Shown here: piece after piece, positions 17,255-32,095 of the stretch
Layout of the letters: every line of letters starts with the position of its first letter
Position numbering within the stretch: position 1 is the first letter of the stretch
Source of the DNA: the human T2T-CHM13v2.0 reference genome, Homo sapiens
Direction: 5' to 3' (one strand)
Assembly: GCF_009914755.1 (NCBI RefSeq)
Contig: NC_060931.1
DNA: 64,000 nucleotides
The notes under the pieces: generated by a model
Seen by the model: only the letters and a program-made list of their open reading frames with translations
The model's database searches: none
What the model was told of the DNA's origin: nothing
Made by a program: the position numbers and the translations under genes

Positions 17255-17792
17255 TATATTAGTCAGGATTACCCAGAGAAAGGAAGGAAAGAGGGAAGGA
17301 GGGGAGGGGAAGGAAGGGGAGGGGAGGGGAAGTATAGATGGAGAGAGAGAGATTTATGATTTATATATAGATTTACTCTCATATAATTATGGAGGCTGAA
17401 AAGTTCACAGTCTGCCATCTGTAAACTGGAGAACAAAGAAAGCCAGAGGTATAATCCAGTCCAAGTTCAAAGGCCTGAGAACCAGAGGAGCCAATGGTGT
17501 AGATCTCAATCTGAGCACAGGATAAGATGAGATGGCATGTTTCAGCACAGCAGTGAGGCAAAAGAATAACAGGCGAATTTCTCCTTCCTCTGCCTTTTGT
17601 TCTGTTCAGGCCCTAAAAGGATGAGATTATACTCACCAACATTGGGGAGGACAATTTTCCTCACTCAGTCTACCAATTCAAATGCTCATCTCGTCCCGAA
17701 ACACCCTTGCAGACACACTCAGAAACAGTGTTTTACCAGCTATCTGAGCATTCCTTAGCCCAGTCAAATTGACACATAAAATTAACCACACA
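17255..17792 (-). mobile_element. MLT2B-like solo LTR (ERVL)
   Basis: Ends CCCAGTCAAATTGACACATAAAATTAACCACACA. 5-bp TSD GCATG/GCACG. Internal purine-rich tract at 17276-17352. Confidence 0.88.
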
Positions 17793-17980
17793 GCACGAAA
17801 ACAAAAGTGAAATCTCTCATTAGGGGAGAATGTGTGGAATCTTCTGCATCGGTGGGAAAATTATTGATCATAAATGGTTAGATCAACTTCCTCTTCTGAG
17901 CCTTCTGAAGAGAATGAGAGAATGGGAGAAAGTAGAAGAGTGATTGTATCTGGTGGTCTTCATCTTCCAAGTAATGTGTG

Positions 17981-17981
17981 C

Positions 17982-18018
<37 letters not shown>

Positions 18019-18068
18019 TATGTATGTATACACACACATATATACACATATACTACATACTTATATAT
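17981..18068. repeat. Compound (TA)n(CA)n microsatellite
   Basis: Read directly from the sequence. Confidence 0.95.
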
Positions 18069-18360
18069 GAACACTAATTTTCTCATGAGTGTCTAGAAAC
18101 CAGTCATGTGATTAAAGCTTGAATTACATAAACGCTTTAACTGAAAGATGAGGGAAGAAAAAAATTGTAGAAAAACAGAGGTTTCAACTTATGGAAAATC
18201 TTAATTAGCTACATGAACTAAAAAGTGAATAGGGAAAAACAGCATGAGTGGAATGGAACATATAGAAATTATATTATGTAACTTTTTACATTCAGAAAAA
18301 AATATTCTATTGCTCTGTTTATTGAACATGAAACTTCACAGTCCATGAATAAAAGTGTAC

Positions 18361-18447
18361 CTTCTCTGGTGCAATATGAAAGAGCCATGAGGCCTCTCCT
18401 CCTGCCCATAATAATCAGTGGGTACATTTTCATTGATTATTTGTGCA
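18361..18447 (-). other. Candidate 87-bp minus-strand exon
   Basis: Acceptor TTTATTGCTCTTAG|TGC and weak donor AAG|GTACAC. One frame is fully open (AQIINENVPTDYYGQEERPHGSFILHQR). Confidence 0.3.
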
Positions 18448-19611
18448 CTAAGAGCAATAAAGTAAGTTCTTAGATATAGCACTTCAAAACACACACACAA
18501 AAAACATATAAATGCTTTAACTAAACATGACAATAACTTTCTCATTTACACTCAATCACGTTATATTAGGTGAGCACTGTCATTCCATCAATCCATTAAA
18601 GGATGCAGCAATAATACCAATGCAGAATGGAATAGAGATACCAGGCAGGAGGCCTAGGAGAGCATCTGGGACAACTCTTTACATTATACAAACTGAATTT
18701 TTATCTTTTATTTTTTCTATTTTCTATCACAGCCAAATCTATACTGCATTTTATTCCCTTCAATGAGATAATAATAAAATCCGTAGGATTTTGAAACGTC
18801 ACTAACATTTTTAAAATGTATCTGAAGCCCCAGAATCCTTATAAATAGGTACTTTGAGAGAGCCCAGGGACTACAAGCATTTTGGATTTATTTAATTGGC
18901 TTTCAGGTTTTCCTTCTAAATAAGTCAGCATTCAATTAGTCAATGGCAAGTTTTCACAATAGCTTAACTGGCAATATGAAGGCATCAACTTAAAACTCAC
19001 TACAAGTTACAGCTATCTGCTTTTCCGAATTGTTATTTATCATCCTACCTACCATAGGTTCTTTTCAGTCACACTTCCTTCCACATTTACTAACTTAATG
19101 AGCTCAAGAAAATAAAAAAGAAATGAAGTTTCAAAAATCCCCTCTGACATTTCTTTGAGATTCTGAACTACATTTCATAGAGCCGGGACTCTGAGTAATC
19201 TAAAATAAGAGCTGGCAACAGAAGCTTGCCAGCTGTTGCACATTTACCAGCCCAGTTACATTTTTCCTCCCTCTGAGCTGCATAGTTATAAAGGGCCAGT
19301 ATGAACCTTATTTGGATTAAAATTTGTACCATTCACACAACACAGTTTCTTTTAAAAGTTTGCATGTTCATTTTCTTTATTCAGTATTTATGCTGAAACT
19401 AGGTATCTATGATGTCCTGTCATATTTTTGTAACTATAAAATGCTACCATGTAACCCTGCAGAAAGAAAGTTTGACCTATTTGATTATCAGAATGAGATA
19501 AAATTTAATCTTTGTGGCAAAAAAAAAAATCCTATAAAGCAGCAGCTAATGGCACATTTGTACTTTTCCATTTTTATGTCAAGCTTCATTAAAAAAAAAA
19601 TTGTAAAATAT

Positions 19612-20555
19612 TGTAGGGGTGTAATGGGGTCCCTGAGACCATCCCTTGCTTGGAGATTCCCTAAAATGATCCATGGGAGCCAACATGTAGTTGTATAGTT
19701 GTACTCACAGCTAAGACTTATTAAGGGCAGTGTAGTGAGGATATACGGCACAGCATAAGGGAACCAGCACAGGCAAGTCCAGAGGAATCCACGTGCAGGC
19801 TCCCTACACTCACCCCTTCCCATGAGAGGTCACACTGAGCATCCTCTTCCACAGCAAACAAACGCAGCACCTGTGTGATGTTTCTGTCCAGAGGCCCACT
19901 AGAGACTCTGTACCTGTAACAGTCCTTTCTCACACTGCTATGAAGAAAATACCCAAGACTGGGTAATTTACAAAGGAAAGAGGTTTAATTAACTCACGGT
20001 TCCACATGGCTGGGAAGGCCTCAGGAAACTCAGAATCACGGTGGAAGGCAAGGGGAGGCAGACGTCTTCCTCACAAGGTGGCAAGGCAGAGAACTGCCCA
20101 GCGAAGTAGGGAAGAGCCCCTTATAAAATCAACAGGTCTCGTGAGAACTCACTCGATATCACAAGAGCAGCATGGGAGAAACTTCCCCCATGATTCAATG
20201 AAGTCCACCTGGTCTCTCCTTTGACACGTGGGGATTATGGGGATTACAATTGAAGATGAGCTTTAGGTGGGGACACAAAGCTTAACCATATCAGTACCCA
20301 AGGTTTTTATTCGGAGCTTGTCATGTAGACAGCCCCTGCTTACCATGTACCAAACTTCCAGACCACCAGAAGGAAAGCAGGTGTTTGGCATACACCACGC
20401 TGTGTTTCAGTCTAGGCACAGCAAACCAACTTTATCACTAAGAGAATTGGTGAGAACACCTCCAAATTCAAATTCTCAGACATCAGCCGCCTTGCAAGTA
20501 GGCTTTTTGGAGAATTGAAGTCTCAGACCTGCTAACTTAACGCCTTTCTTCCCAA
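19612..20555 (-). mobile_element. MER21-family LTR interrupted by THE1
   Basis: GGGGTCCCTGAGACCATCCC...GTTGTACTCACAGCTAAGA, resuming CCCAAGGTTTTTATT after the THE1. Confidence 0.8.
19915..20293 (-). mobile_element. THE1 solo LTR (THE1D-like)
   Basis: TGTAACAGTCC...CTTAACCATATCA, with a perfect 5-bp TSD GTACC at 19910-19914 and 20294-20298. Confidence 0.93.
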
Positions 20556-22539
20556 AAGGACATTTGCAGTTTCTTCTAGTTTATAACACGCATCATTTAA
20601 ATTTAGAGAGTAAGAAAAAATATTTCTAAATAGGTACTTTTTTCTAAATTGATATTTAAACAGTTAAAACATTTGATGATAATCTGGATGATATACATTT
20701 CACCTTCAAATGTAAAAAGAGGAAATTCTACCACAGAGGGACTGTTTTCTCATTGAAAAAGATCCTTCGAGAAAAGTATTTGCTTTTGCAGATAACTGAA
20801 GAAATTAGGCAGCATTTTCTAAATTTTCTTCTAGAATGCTGTAAGTTGAGGCCATTCCCCATCACTCACCATAAGACTGGGTAATTTATAAATGGAATGT
20901 CTCATTTTTAGAGGCATCCATAGACTCAAATTTAAAAACAGAGACTGAAAAACTCTACTTTTCTATTGTGTTTTGCACTTAATTGCTTTAAGCAATGCCA
21001 AAAATCAGCAAAAAGCTGCTATGATCATTGCCTTGACATTTTCTTATAGGTCACAAAATATTTAAACATTTTCTTTGTTATTCCAAAGGTGATTAGCAAG
21101 TGAAAGTATTTAGGTTTAATAATGTATTTAAAATAATGAGACATGTGAACCTGAATATATACAGTGATCTTGATGTCTCTGCCTATGTTATTAACATAGA
21201 CCAGGAGATTTTTTGTTATAATTTAGGGCCTTATAAATGAAGAAGCAGCCACAGTGTAGAATCTCAAGAGTGTCAGAATAATGTACTAGTACTTTTCAAA
21301 GCACTTGTCAACAAGTGACCTTAGATATTAATTTTACCCAGCATTATTTTCCCTATTTTGATAATTTGAAAACTAGATTTGTTATCCCAAGGGACAGCAC
21401 ATGGACCAGGGATCCAACCTTCATGGTATAAACAGACATAGGTCCCCGGAAATAGGATGCTACTATGTGAAAAAGAAATGGGTAAACCATAAAAGAGTAA
21501 GCATTTACCAAAAAAAGACTGTGTTAAACCCAAGTAAGATTATTTTAAACTAGAAGAAACTAAGATAATGCAAATTAACAAGCTTGCCTGTCTCACTTTC
21601 TCCACTCCACACTCAGCCCACCACTAACCAGATGAACAGAGCTTGAGGGCAACATTATCTCAATTACAGAAGATTAGAAATTACAATTATTTTTGTATAT
21701 CTGACTTTTAGCATGTGTATTTGACCCTATAGGACCATCATTAAATAAATGAATCTATACTATTATATGGCATTACCCATGTAAGAGGTGAATTGTAAAC
21801 CCTTGCATTCTAGAGGCTGTACTCATGTGACTTTTGATTTAGGATCATTCTGCAAGGTTAAAAATATGTTTGGGGTATTTCTCCCAAGTGGCAGTTGTAG
21901 CTTCTTGGGAGGAGAAATGAACAACTCCAAGATCTTCTCCCAGGACCACTGATGTAGCCCATGTATTAAGTCAGCCCATCTAAAGCATAACATCCAAATT
22001 TAAGACAATCCATCCAGTTAGTTCTCTTGTTGTGGTAGCACTCAACATGTAATTTTATGTATACAAATAATTTCCTCAATGCTATGTAGCAGTGTCTAGC
22101 ACATAGGAAAAGCTTAATAAATATTTAGGGAAAGAAAGAAGGAAATGAGAAAGAGAGACAGGGGAATGAGGAGGAGAGGAGAAGGTGATGCAGGAGGAGG
22201 AGAAAAGGAAAAAGAAGAGGAGAGAAGGTCAGCCAGAAGAACAAAACTTAAAAAAAAAAATCCATCCTGGCTTTCAACTTCATGTCCCCACCATGACCAT
22301 CATCACAACTTTCACCTTACTCTTTTTATTCCACATATACTAGCCAATTTGAGTGACTTGCTCCAGTTAGGTGGTATCACTCTGAGTTCAATCGGGAGAA
22401 AGAAATCACATAGTAATTTGAGCAGGTAACATTTCACATGAATAATTATTAACTATAAGAGGAGATTAGAGTCTTCATTGACTAGTAAGAAGTAAAGAAA
22501 GCTCTAAAGAATATAGGAATCATAGGTATAAGGAGCTGT

Positions 22540-23022
22540 CTGTAGTAGGTAGAATGTGTTAGCTTCAAGTACCAGAAAACCCTACCAACATAAGTGAAAC
22601 AAAGAGGGAGGTATATTTTTCACATCACAGTAAGGTGAGAGGTAAAAGCCAGCTGGCTGTGGTTCAGCAGCTCAATGATGCTCTCAAGTACTCAGGCTCT
22701 TTCTATCTTTCTGCTTTGACCTCTTTAGATTTTTATCTTTTTGTCTCCAAGAGGGTTATCACAGTCCCAGGCATCATTTCTGTGTTCAGGTAAGAAAGAA
22801 AGGGGAAAAGGTGACTTCAGTCATGTCTTTTAATCAGGAAAACAAAAGCTTCCTTAGAAAATCCTTATACTTCCTCCTATCTCAGTGGTCAGAATTGAGT
22901 CGACTGACCACTCTATCTGCAAGAGAGGCTGCGAATATGAGTATCTAACCTGCCAACCTCTACAGTGAAAGGAATAAAGGGGTAGGAATGGGTGTTAGGT
23001 TGACCAGTCAGTGTTTATCACA
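22540..23022 (-). mobile_element. Old MLT1 LTR (K/L-like)
   Basis: CAGCAGCTCAATGATG, CCAGGCATCA, TGGTCAGAATTGAGTC and CTGCAAGAGAGGCTG blocks. Confidence 0.7.
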
Positions 23023-23384
23023 CTATCTCCTACATACATCATACTAATTATTTTTTAGTGCCTTTGTCTAAATTGCTGCTTGAATATGGAAAGTCTTTTT
23101 CTGAATCTGCTCACTTTTTATTTTTTTATTTTTCTATTTACAAAAATAAAGCATGCTTACTATATGAAAATTCTACCCATCTTCAAGTCCCATCTCATGT
23201 CCTACTAAATCCATAAAAATTATAGGCAATTCTATTTCTCCTTATTCCCTTTTCTCTAAATTCTTGAATAAATTATAAAATTTAATACATAGGAATATAT
23301 AGCATTGCATTATATATGAAATACCATATTATACCATATACCATATGCATATACCAATTGCATCTGTATAAATTAATTACATTA

Positions 23385-23620
23385 CAATATGTGTGTTAGG
23401 TGCCCTTCTAATTACTTTACACATTTTAGGATATTAAACCTCACAACAACCCTAAGAGTGTGCCCTATCATTTTCTCCATTTTTACAGTCAAGAAAACCA
23501 AGGCACAGAGAGGTTAAGTAATTGCCTAAGGTCAGTTAATACGTGGCAGATCCGGAGTTTAACACCAGGCAGTTCAGCTCCAGAGTCTGTGCTTACAAAC
23601 ACTTTGCTTTTCTGCTTCTT
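23385..23620 (-). mobile_element. MIR SINE
   Basis: CCTCACAACAACCCT...CCATTTTTACAG...GGCACAGAGAGGTTAAGTAATTGCCTAAGGTCA. Confidence 0.85.
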
Positions 23621-23713
23621 TAAGGAGATGTTGCTTAACTTTTCTGAGCCTCTGTTTCTCTACAGCAGAAATAGGGTGATAATAACTTCATGTGGTTGTT
23701 TAAAGAATAAACC

Positions 23714-24107
<394 letters not shown>

Positions 24108-24775
24108 CTACTTTTTGGTGGCTCCCCTGCCCAGTGACAGCTCAGCAGACATTAAGAAACACCAGCCAGCCACTCCCACAGACTAATGTTTTCTAGGCTA
24201 AAAGGCCCCAGATCCTTTAAAAATTCTTCACAAGAGGAGTCAAAGGAAAGCTTTCTTAAAGATTAACAGACATTTCAGTTTCATCTACTTCTTAAATGTG
24301 TTAAAGGATAAGAATTTGATAAATTAACCTACGTTCTCTGCTCCTTCACATCACTACCCTACTTCACCAACATCAGTGCAATCCTGACTCTCCCCCAACT
24401 CCCCACCCCTTAATGTACACTATACCTTGTGATCATCACTGTATTAAATGGGTGACACACGTTGCATTGAGGTGTGACTAACACAACTACATGCAGAATC
24501 TGAGGCAAGTTCTTGGCTTTAGCTCCAAATACGTTTTTGAAACTCATAGCAGGGGTCATAGTTGTGAAAGTCAAAGATTCTAATTCACAAGATCCATCAA
24601 AATGTCAGCTTTAAAAATGTAAATGTTAATCCTATTATTTGCCAAATAGAGAAACAGGTGACAGACTCCAAAGGCCTTGCTTTGAAAACCAAAATTGTCT
24701 CTCCCAGCCACAGTGAATTAAAATTGAATCTCTGAGAATTAGCACCACCCATTTCACCAATAAGAAAAGCCATGT

Positions 24776-25074
24776 GGCCAAGCACGGTGGCTCACGCCTG
24801 TAATCCCAGCACTTTGGGAGGCCGAGGCAGGCGGATCATGAGGTCAAGAGATTGAGACCATCCTAGCCAACACGGTGAAACCTCCTCTCTACTAAAAACA
24901 CAAAAATTAGCCGGGCATGGTGGTGCACACCTGTAGTCCCAGCTACTCAGGGGGCTGAAGCAAGAGAATCTTTTGAACCCAGGAAAAGGAGGTTGCAGTG
25001 AGCCGAGATTGCGCCACTGCACTCCAGCCTGGCAGCAGAGTGAGACTCCGTCTCAAAGAAATAAAAAGAGAGAA
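24776..25074 (+). mobile_element. AluSc
   Basis: GGTCAAGAGAT diagnostic. 14-bp TSD AAGAAAAGCCATGT at 24762-24775 and 25075-25088. Confidence 0.95.
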
Positions 25075-25902
25075 AAGAAAAGCCATGTATGGCTTAAGGG
25101 AGATTACAGTTGTTCATTCTCCAGCATCTTGATCTTGACAAAGCTTTTTAAAAATGTAAGTAGCAGTGTTCTAATTCTCATGAGATTTTCCCTTGGGGTC
25201 AATTTCCCATAACATCCTAAATAAAGATTTGGGGTCAATTCTTTCATAGAAACATAAAGTAGGAGACCATGCTTAGACTCATGGGGACAGAATCACAGAC
25301 ACTTGACTCTAGAAATAGCCCTTATCTCATTTATCAATTCCATCCTTGAAGTGTCTGTTTCAGTGTTTCTGTTGACAAGAGACTCACTGCTCCCATATCA
25401 GCCAATCTCTTCCAGTTGTAGACAGCAATTATGAATAAATGACTCAAAATTATTTTTTAAAAAGATCTTGGTCTTTCTAATAGAAAAGACAATCTTTTTA
25501 ATTCAAATAATTTTAAATTAACTAGCGTTTTGTAATTAATCATAATTATGGTGAAAAAAATAGAGCATAGAAACTCATTTTCTTATCTATTTTCACAGAA
25601 AAAAAATAGAGTTAAATGTCCAGCCATTTGGGCCACCACTCCCATCTCCATTTCCCATGTAGCATCATCCTCAGACCTTCTGTTGGTCAGTGCCATGCCC
25701 ACGGCAGGCTAGAAATATAATAGACCGTTAGTAAAATAATGGGCTAATTAAGTACTTTCCCAAGAATCAGACCAATGGAAGATGTGTCTATGCAGTGGAG
25801 GTATGGACCAACATTTCTACATTCCGTGATGAAAGCACCCACACTGAATGAATGTAGAATGAATGCAACGTGGGCTGCTGAAAGCTACTTCCGCATGCCA
25901 GC

Positions 25903-26438
25903 TAACCTAACTTGTTAAAGGATGGTGCATTGTTTTATTTTGTTCATTCCATGGATATCTATTGCATGTCCACTGTGTCATGCTGTCTCACTCTCTGAGA
26001 GGCTTTAAAGGTGTCCAAGGCAATCCCAGTGCTCTTACTCTTTAGATGACAGTAGTAACCTAAGTTGTTAAAGGATGGTCCAAAGTGAGAGAGGCAAATG
26101 CACAACTGCCACATTGTCTTGAAAATCACTCCAGCAGATAATACTTGTTGAGCATCTTTTGTGCTTAAGGGAATAGGTTTAACATCTTATGGATGTAAGC
26201 ACCTACAAAGTACTTGGGAAGACAAAACATAAACGCAGAAAAAGTTTTATGAAGACAAAACTGTGTCATCAACCGAACACAAGACAACATGATGAAAGGG
26301 GCCACAGCGCAGTGTATTATTTTGTTCATTCCAGGCATATCTATTGCATGTCCACTGTGTCATGCTGTCTCACTCTCTGAGGGGCTTTAAAGGTGTCCAA
26401 GGCAATCCCAGTGCTCTTACTCTTCAGGTGACAGTGGT
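25903..26438. repeat. Local duplication with A-B-A'-X-B' structure (24-bp and 130-bp direct repeats)
   Basis: A at 25903-25926 and 26056-26079 (1 mismatch). B at 25927-26056 and 26309-26438 (about 8 mismatches, no gaps). Confidence 0.92.
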
Positions 26439-26844
26439 GTGGTACCTGTCATCAGAATTCAGTGCTGACAAGGGTACAACTGATTGGCTGGCATTATTAC
26501 ATCAACAGAACTAGATATGCCCTTTATGGTCAAATTAAGAGCATAGCCATCATTTATCAAGTGCCAAGAATTCAAAATTTATTATATTAATTTCATATAA
26601 CAACTCTGGAATGTGGGTATTATTATTTCTATTTAATAAATGCAAAAATAGAGATGCAAGAAGATAAATGGCTTCCCCAAGTCTAGGAAGGAGAGCTGAA
26701 TTTGAAAGCAGACTATCTGATTTGTAACCTTGTCAACTATGTAACCGGGAGCAAGTGGCTTACTTTCTCCACATCTCAATTTCTTCTGATGTTAAAGGCA
26801 GATAAAAGAACATATCCCACTGGATTGGTGTCTGGATAAAATGA

Positions 26845-27147
<303 letters not shown>

Positions 27148-27322
27148 TAGACATGAAATTTTAAAGTACCATCCAAATATAAGCATTGCTGTGTTGTAAC
27201 TTTTACATAACTATACCATTAGATTTTTTTTTCTTGGCTCCTGGCTGTGGAAACTATTAGATTTTTTAAGCCTGTATACAGTGTGAACTATTTCAAATAG
27301 CAATATTAAAAATATCTCAGTA

Positions 27323-27665
<343 letters not shown>

Positions 27666-28084
27666 TTATCCTATTTAAATTTTAATATGTACTTGAACTA
27701 ATGCTTTAGCCGAATTTACTTCTATAGCTCAAAAAAATAAAAATAGTGCCAGCTTATCATTATCTAATAGGCTACAAAATAAAAAGAATTGACATGCTCC
27801 TGGAAAAAAAATAAGCAAACACAATTGAAAATTTTTTGTGTCTCTCCTTGTTCTATCTCAAAGACATAGCGGAGCTAGGATAGATCCAAAAAAGGATACT
27901 GAACTTCAGTAAACAGAAATCGAGTAGTATTATATGCAAAACACAGTGCTAGGCATTAAGGAAACAGATAAGTAAGGCAGAATCCCTGACCTCAAGTAGT
28001 TCATCACTAAAAACAGGCGGCTTCCACTGGAAGAATAAATACTCTGCTGATATGTCTCACTATATGGTAAGAATAAGAAAATCA

Positions 28085-28368
28085 GGCCAGGTACAATGAA
28101 TCCTGCCTGTAACCCCAGCACTTTGGGAGGCCAAGGCAGGAGGATCACTTGAGGCCAGGATTTCAAGACCAGCCCTGGCAACATAGCCAGACAGCTATCT
28201 CTACAAGAATTAAAATTTAAATTTAAAAATTAGTGAGGTGTGGCAGCATGCAAGTCTGTAGTTCCAGCAACACAGGAGGCTGAGGCAGAAGGACTGCTTG
28301 AGCCCAGGAGTTTGAGGCTGCAGTGAGCCATGATCATATCACTGTACTCTAGCCTGGACAACAAAAAG
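28085..28368 (+). mobile_element. AluJ
   Basis: J diagnostics; flanked by GAAAATCA repeats. Confidence 0.9.
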
Positions 28369-29414
28369 GAAAATCAGAAAATCAGTTTTATAGCTTTTAC
28401 CCTACAAGATGATTATATTATTAGTCTGCTTTCTGTAATGAATCCAAAGTGATAGAATTTATTTTTATGTTGGTTGTACATTTTGAAAAATAAACAATAT
28501 AAGAAGATTTTAGGCAACTCATAAATAATAAGTGAGAACTGGGCTACTAACAGAGACTAAAACATGTTAGCGTATATCATTTAGCTTTTGAGATTGATGC
28601 CACGGAGTTTATTCAGGCCCTTCTATGAGTCCCAGTTCTATTGTCAGTACAAAACATGGTCTTGGCTGAACCAAAAAGAGAATGGTAATTCTTTTGATTA
28701 TATATTAAATAATCTTCAATGATGACATATATTTAGAAGTTTAGGTGGGATATTTCTCACCATTCCAAAATCAAAGAAAAGTAGGAAATTTAAAAAAAAC
28801 CCTATCTATATTAAATAGTTCTCCACAACTATACCACAAAATAATAAGGCAGTTGTTTAAGACATTAAGTGGTCAGTAGTGGAATTGCCTAGTATTACAC
28901 CTGGAGGTGCAGGTAGGTTGAACAAGCTGGGAGTAGTGGATAAGGGTTAATAATGGTATATTCTACCAAACATGAACATGAACTTGTTAGAAAGACAGTA
29001 TTTGCATCATCAGTTTGGACTTTTAAGTTGCCATTTTTTTAAGATGTGTATTTTGGCCAGTTTTTGAACAGGGGCACTGCCTATGGCCAACAGGCTAAGT
29101 GCTATGTAACTCCATGGGGGCACCATTTACTCACATAGACTGCAATATAATTGTCACTCTTTGGAGTTGCATAACATAGTAGTCCTATGCTATGTGTAAG
29201 GGAGTGGGGAAGGGGTGAGGTGGGAGAGATTATTAGGAAGGCTAGGATGGCTTGTGAGGGGAGGGAGGCCAATAGACACACATAACACAGCATTCCTGAT
29301 CTGAGCACATAATCTGGAACTAAACCAGGTGTCTACAGCCCCAATAGGGATTTGGAAATATATGTAGGCACCTGGTAGAGTTTTTAAACATATACTCCCA
29401 GATGTCATACTTAC

Positions 29415-29550
29415 CACTTTGTGTCATTTTGCAAAGCATTGTGTTAGCATCATTTAAAAAATCATGTAAAACGAAAAGATTAGATCTTAACATTTGAATT
29501 TCTTGGGCTCAAATGAATCTGAAAATACATGCCGCTGAAGCGTGACACAG
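29415..29550 (-). other. Candidate minus-strand exon (alternative acceptors at 29518 or 29550)
   Basis: Strong donor GTG|GTAAGTAT. Acceptors TGTATTTTCAG| or TGTTCTATAG|. Confidence 0.3.
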
Positions 29551-30350
29551 CTATAGAACATATTCAGAATGTTCTCCAAATGCATACTGCAAATTCTGCT
29601 TTACATGCTGTTCTACTTATAATTTGCAACTAATTTTAAGAAAGTCTTTGGCTTTAAAGAAATCTGTCATGCTGCTATAACACCACATGATTATATATGT
29701 GTATTTCTGAAAATTCTGAGAGTTAAATCAAATATATCTTGCTTAAACAAGTAAAACACTGTCATTTCCATCATTGACAAGGACATATGTCTGTTTAGTT
29801 TACCTGCAAAATACACACACATACATACACACACACACATCTTAAATTCTATAAAGTAATATGCTATTCTATGGTGTAAATTCAAGTGAAGAATGCTCAA
29901 CCAATGACAGAAGTAAATAATATCCCATATCTATTATACATCTCTATGGTTTTTCAATAACAGAAAAGTGTTCTTTTGCAACTAGGCACTATTCCCACAC
30001 ATAGTCAATATGAATGGCTGATGGTATATTAATTTACAAGGCATGACATTCATCAATCAAAAAAAGGTTAGTACTTAGTGACTGAAACTAAGAATATATA
30101 TATTTACATTAATAATTACAGCAAAAATTATTTAATTATAAATAACTGTAGGTATTACTTTTAGACATTACTTCCACTGTGCTTGAGACTTTATTTGTGT
30201 TTTGACATTGTAAAAATGATGCCATAGTAGCTCAGAAAGATTAAATAAAATTTCAAAATACTGTACCTGGGACTGAAATCCAGATTACTTAAATACAAAT
30301 CTTTTAAATCTGCACTGTACTGTCTCTGGAAAGTGTTAAAAATATTTCAT

Positions 30351-30634
30351 AGCCAGGCACAGTGGTTCATGCGTGTAATCCTAACACTTGGGAAGGCCGA
30401 GATGGGCAGATTGCTTGAGCCCAGGAGTTTGAGGTAGACCTAGGCAACATGGTGAAACCCTTCCCTACAAAAGTACAAAAATTAAGCCAGTCATGGTGGC
30501 ATGCACCGTGGCTCCAGCTACTCAGGAGGCTGAGGTGGGAGGATCACTTAAGCCCAGGAGGTCAAGACTGTAGTGAGCCATGATCACAACACTGCAGTCC
30601 AGCCCGGGCAACAGAGTAAGACCCACTCTCTCTC

Positions 30635-30666
<32 letters not shown>
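30351..30666 (+). mobile_element. AluJ (Jb-like)
   Basis: Dimeric Alu with GGGCAGATTGCTTGAGCCCAGG and an A29 tail. Confidence 0.93.
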
Positions 30667-30668
<2 letters not shown>

Positions 30669-30684
30669 TAAAAAATAGTGATTA

Positions 30685-31420
30685 TCACCAGTTAGAATGG
30701 CGATTATTAAAAAGTCAGGAAACAACAGATGCTGGTGAGGATGTGGAGAAATAGGAATGCTTTTACACTGTTGGTGGAAGTGTAAATTAGTTCAACCATT
30801 GTGGAAGACAGTGTGGCAATTCCTCAAGGATCTAGAACCAGAAATACCATTTGACCCAGCAATCCCATTACTGGGTATATACCCAAAGGATTATAAATCA
30901 TTCTACTATAAAGACACATGCACTCGTATGTTTATCGCAGCACTATTCACAATAGCAAAGTCTTGGAACCAACCCAAATGCTCATCAATTATAGACTAAA
31001 TAAAGAAAATGTGACACATATATACCATGGAATACTATGCAGTCATAACAAAGAATGAGTTCATGTCCTTTGCAGGGGCATAGATGAAGCTGTAAGCCAT
31101 CATTCTCAGCAAACTAACACAGGAGGAGAAAACCAAATGCCACATGTTCTCACTCATAAGTGGCAGCTGAACAGTGAGTACACATGGACACAAGGAGGGG
31201 AACATCACACACCAGGGCCTGTCGGGGGTGGCGGGCAAGGGGAGGGAGAGCATTAGGATAAATACCTAATGTATGCGGGGCTTAAAACCTAGATGACAGG
31301 TTGATAGGTGCAGCAAACCACCATGGCACATGTATACCTATGAAACAAACCTGCAGGTTCTACGCATGTATCCTAGAACTTAAAGTAAAATAAAATAAAA
31401 TAAAATAAAAAAGAAAGAAA
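30685..31420 (+). mobile_element. 5'-truncated L1 (L1PA8-like 3' end)
   Basis: ORF2 C-terminal remnant ([15 protein letters not shown]) and 3'UTR ATGCGGGGCTTAAAACCTAGATGAC. Confidence 0.9.
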
Positions 31421-32051
31421 GAGAATGACTAATGGCATAAAATCTTACAAGGGGAAAAAAGGAAAGAATTCAGATGACAAGTGGAAGGATTGACTTTGAA
31501 TGGGAAGAAGCTTATACCAAATATTTATTGCTGTTTAATAAACCATCCCGATATTTAGTGACTTAAAAAACAACAACAACAAAAGAGTGAGTGCAAGAAA
31601 TAAATAAAACTTCTTTGCTTGGGTTTTGCTTTGGTTTGGTTTGATTTCCTACATTTGTCTAGAAAATACTTCTCAGTTCCATTTCACCTGAATTTTGGAG
31701 CCCATCTTAGCCTTTATTATTTTAAATAGAATTTTGTGATAGGGAGCATTTTAGATGTAACTTCTCAAGATGACATGTTCAATGTAAATGCTGTTGAATG
31801 TTGAAGCTATGCTACTATCAACCTCTGGGCAAGGCAGACACACTCAAATCATCTTTTAGCTTCCCTTCAATTTTTCTTTTAGCTTTACCACTGAGTTAAT
31901 ATTCCTTTCAAAGAAAGTTGTTTAAATGATAGGGATCTTTTCATTCTACTGTAGGATCATAGGCCAGTGGAAACAACAACCAAAGTCAGAGGCTATTTTT
32001 AATGTGCTTGTTATCTACAAGCCAGTTCCCTCCTCAGATCCCTGACACAAC

Positions 32052-32057
32052 ATCACA

Positions 32058-32091
<34 letters not shown>
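32052..32091. repeat. (CA)n microsatellite
   Basis: Read directly from the sequence. Confidence 0.95.

Positions 32092-32095
<4 letters not shown>

Noticed and set aside
17276-17352. G4 or H-DNA-capable purine tract (also 22130-22260 and the L1 3'UTR G-tracts)
   Set aside because: Common low-complexity sequence, here inside an MLT2 LTR, with nothing locus-specific.
21320-22070. Unique stretch with octamer ATGCAAAT (21568-21575) and a 70-aa minus ORF
   Set aside because: A single 8-mer is expected by chance in 64 kb of AT-rich DNA. No convincing splice-site pair or recognisable protein, and I cannot assign a locus name.
25903-26438. Repeat-spacer-repeat pattern as CRISPR-like
   Set aside because: Only two copies of each repeat, long spacers, primate context and no cas genes.
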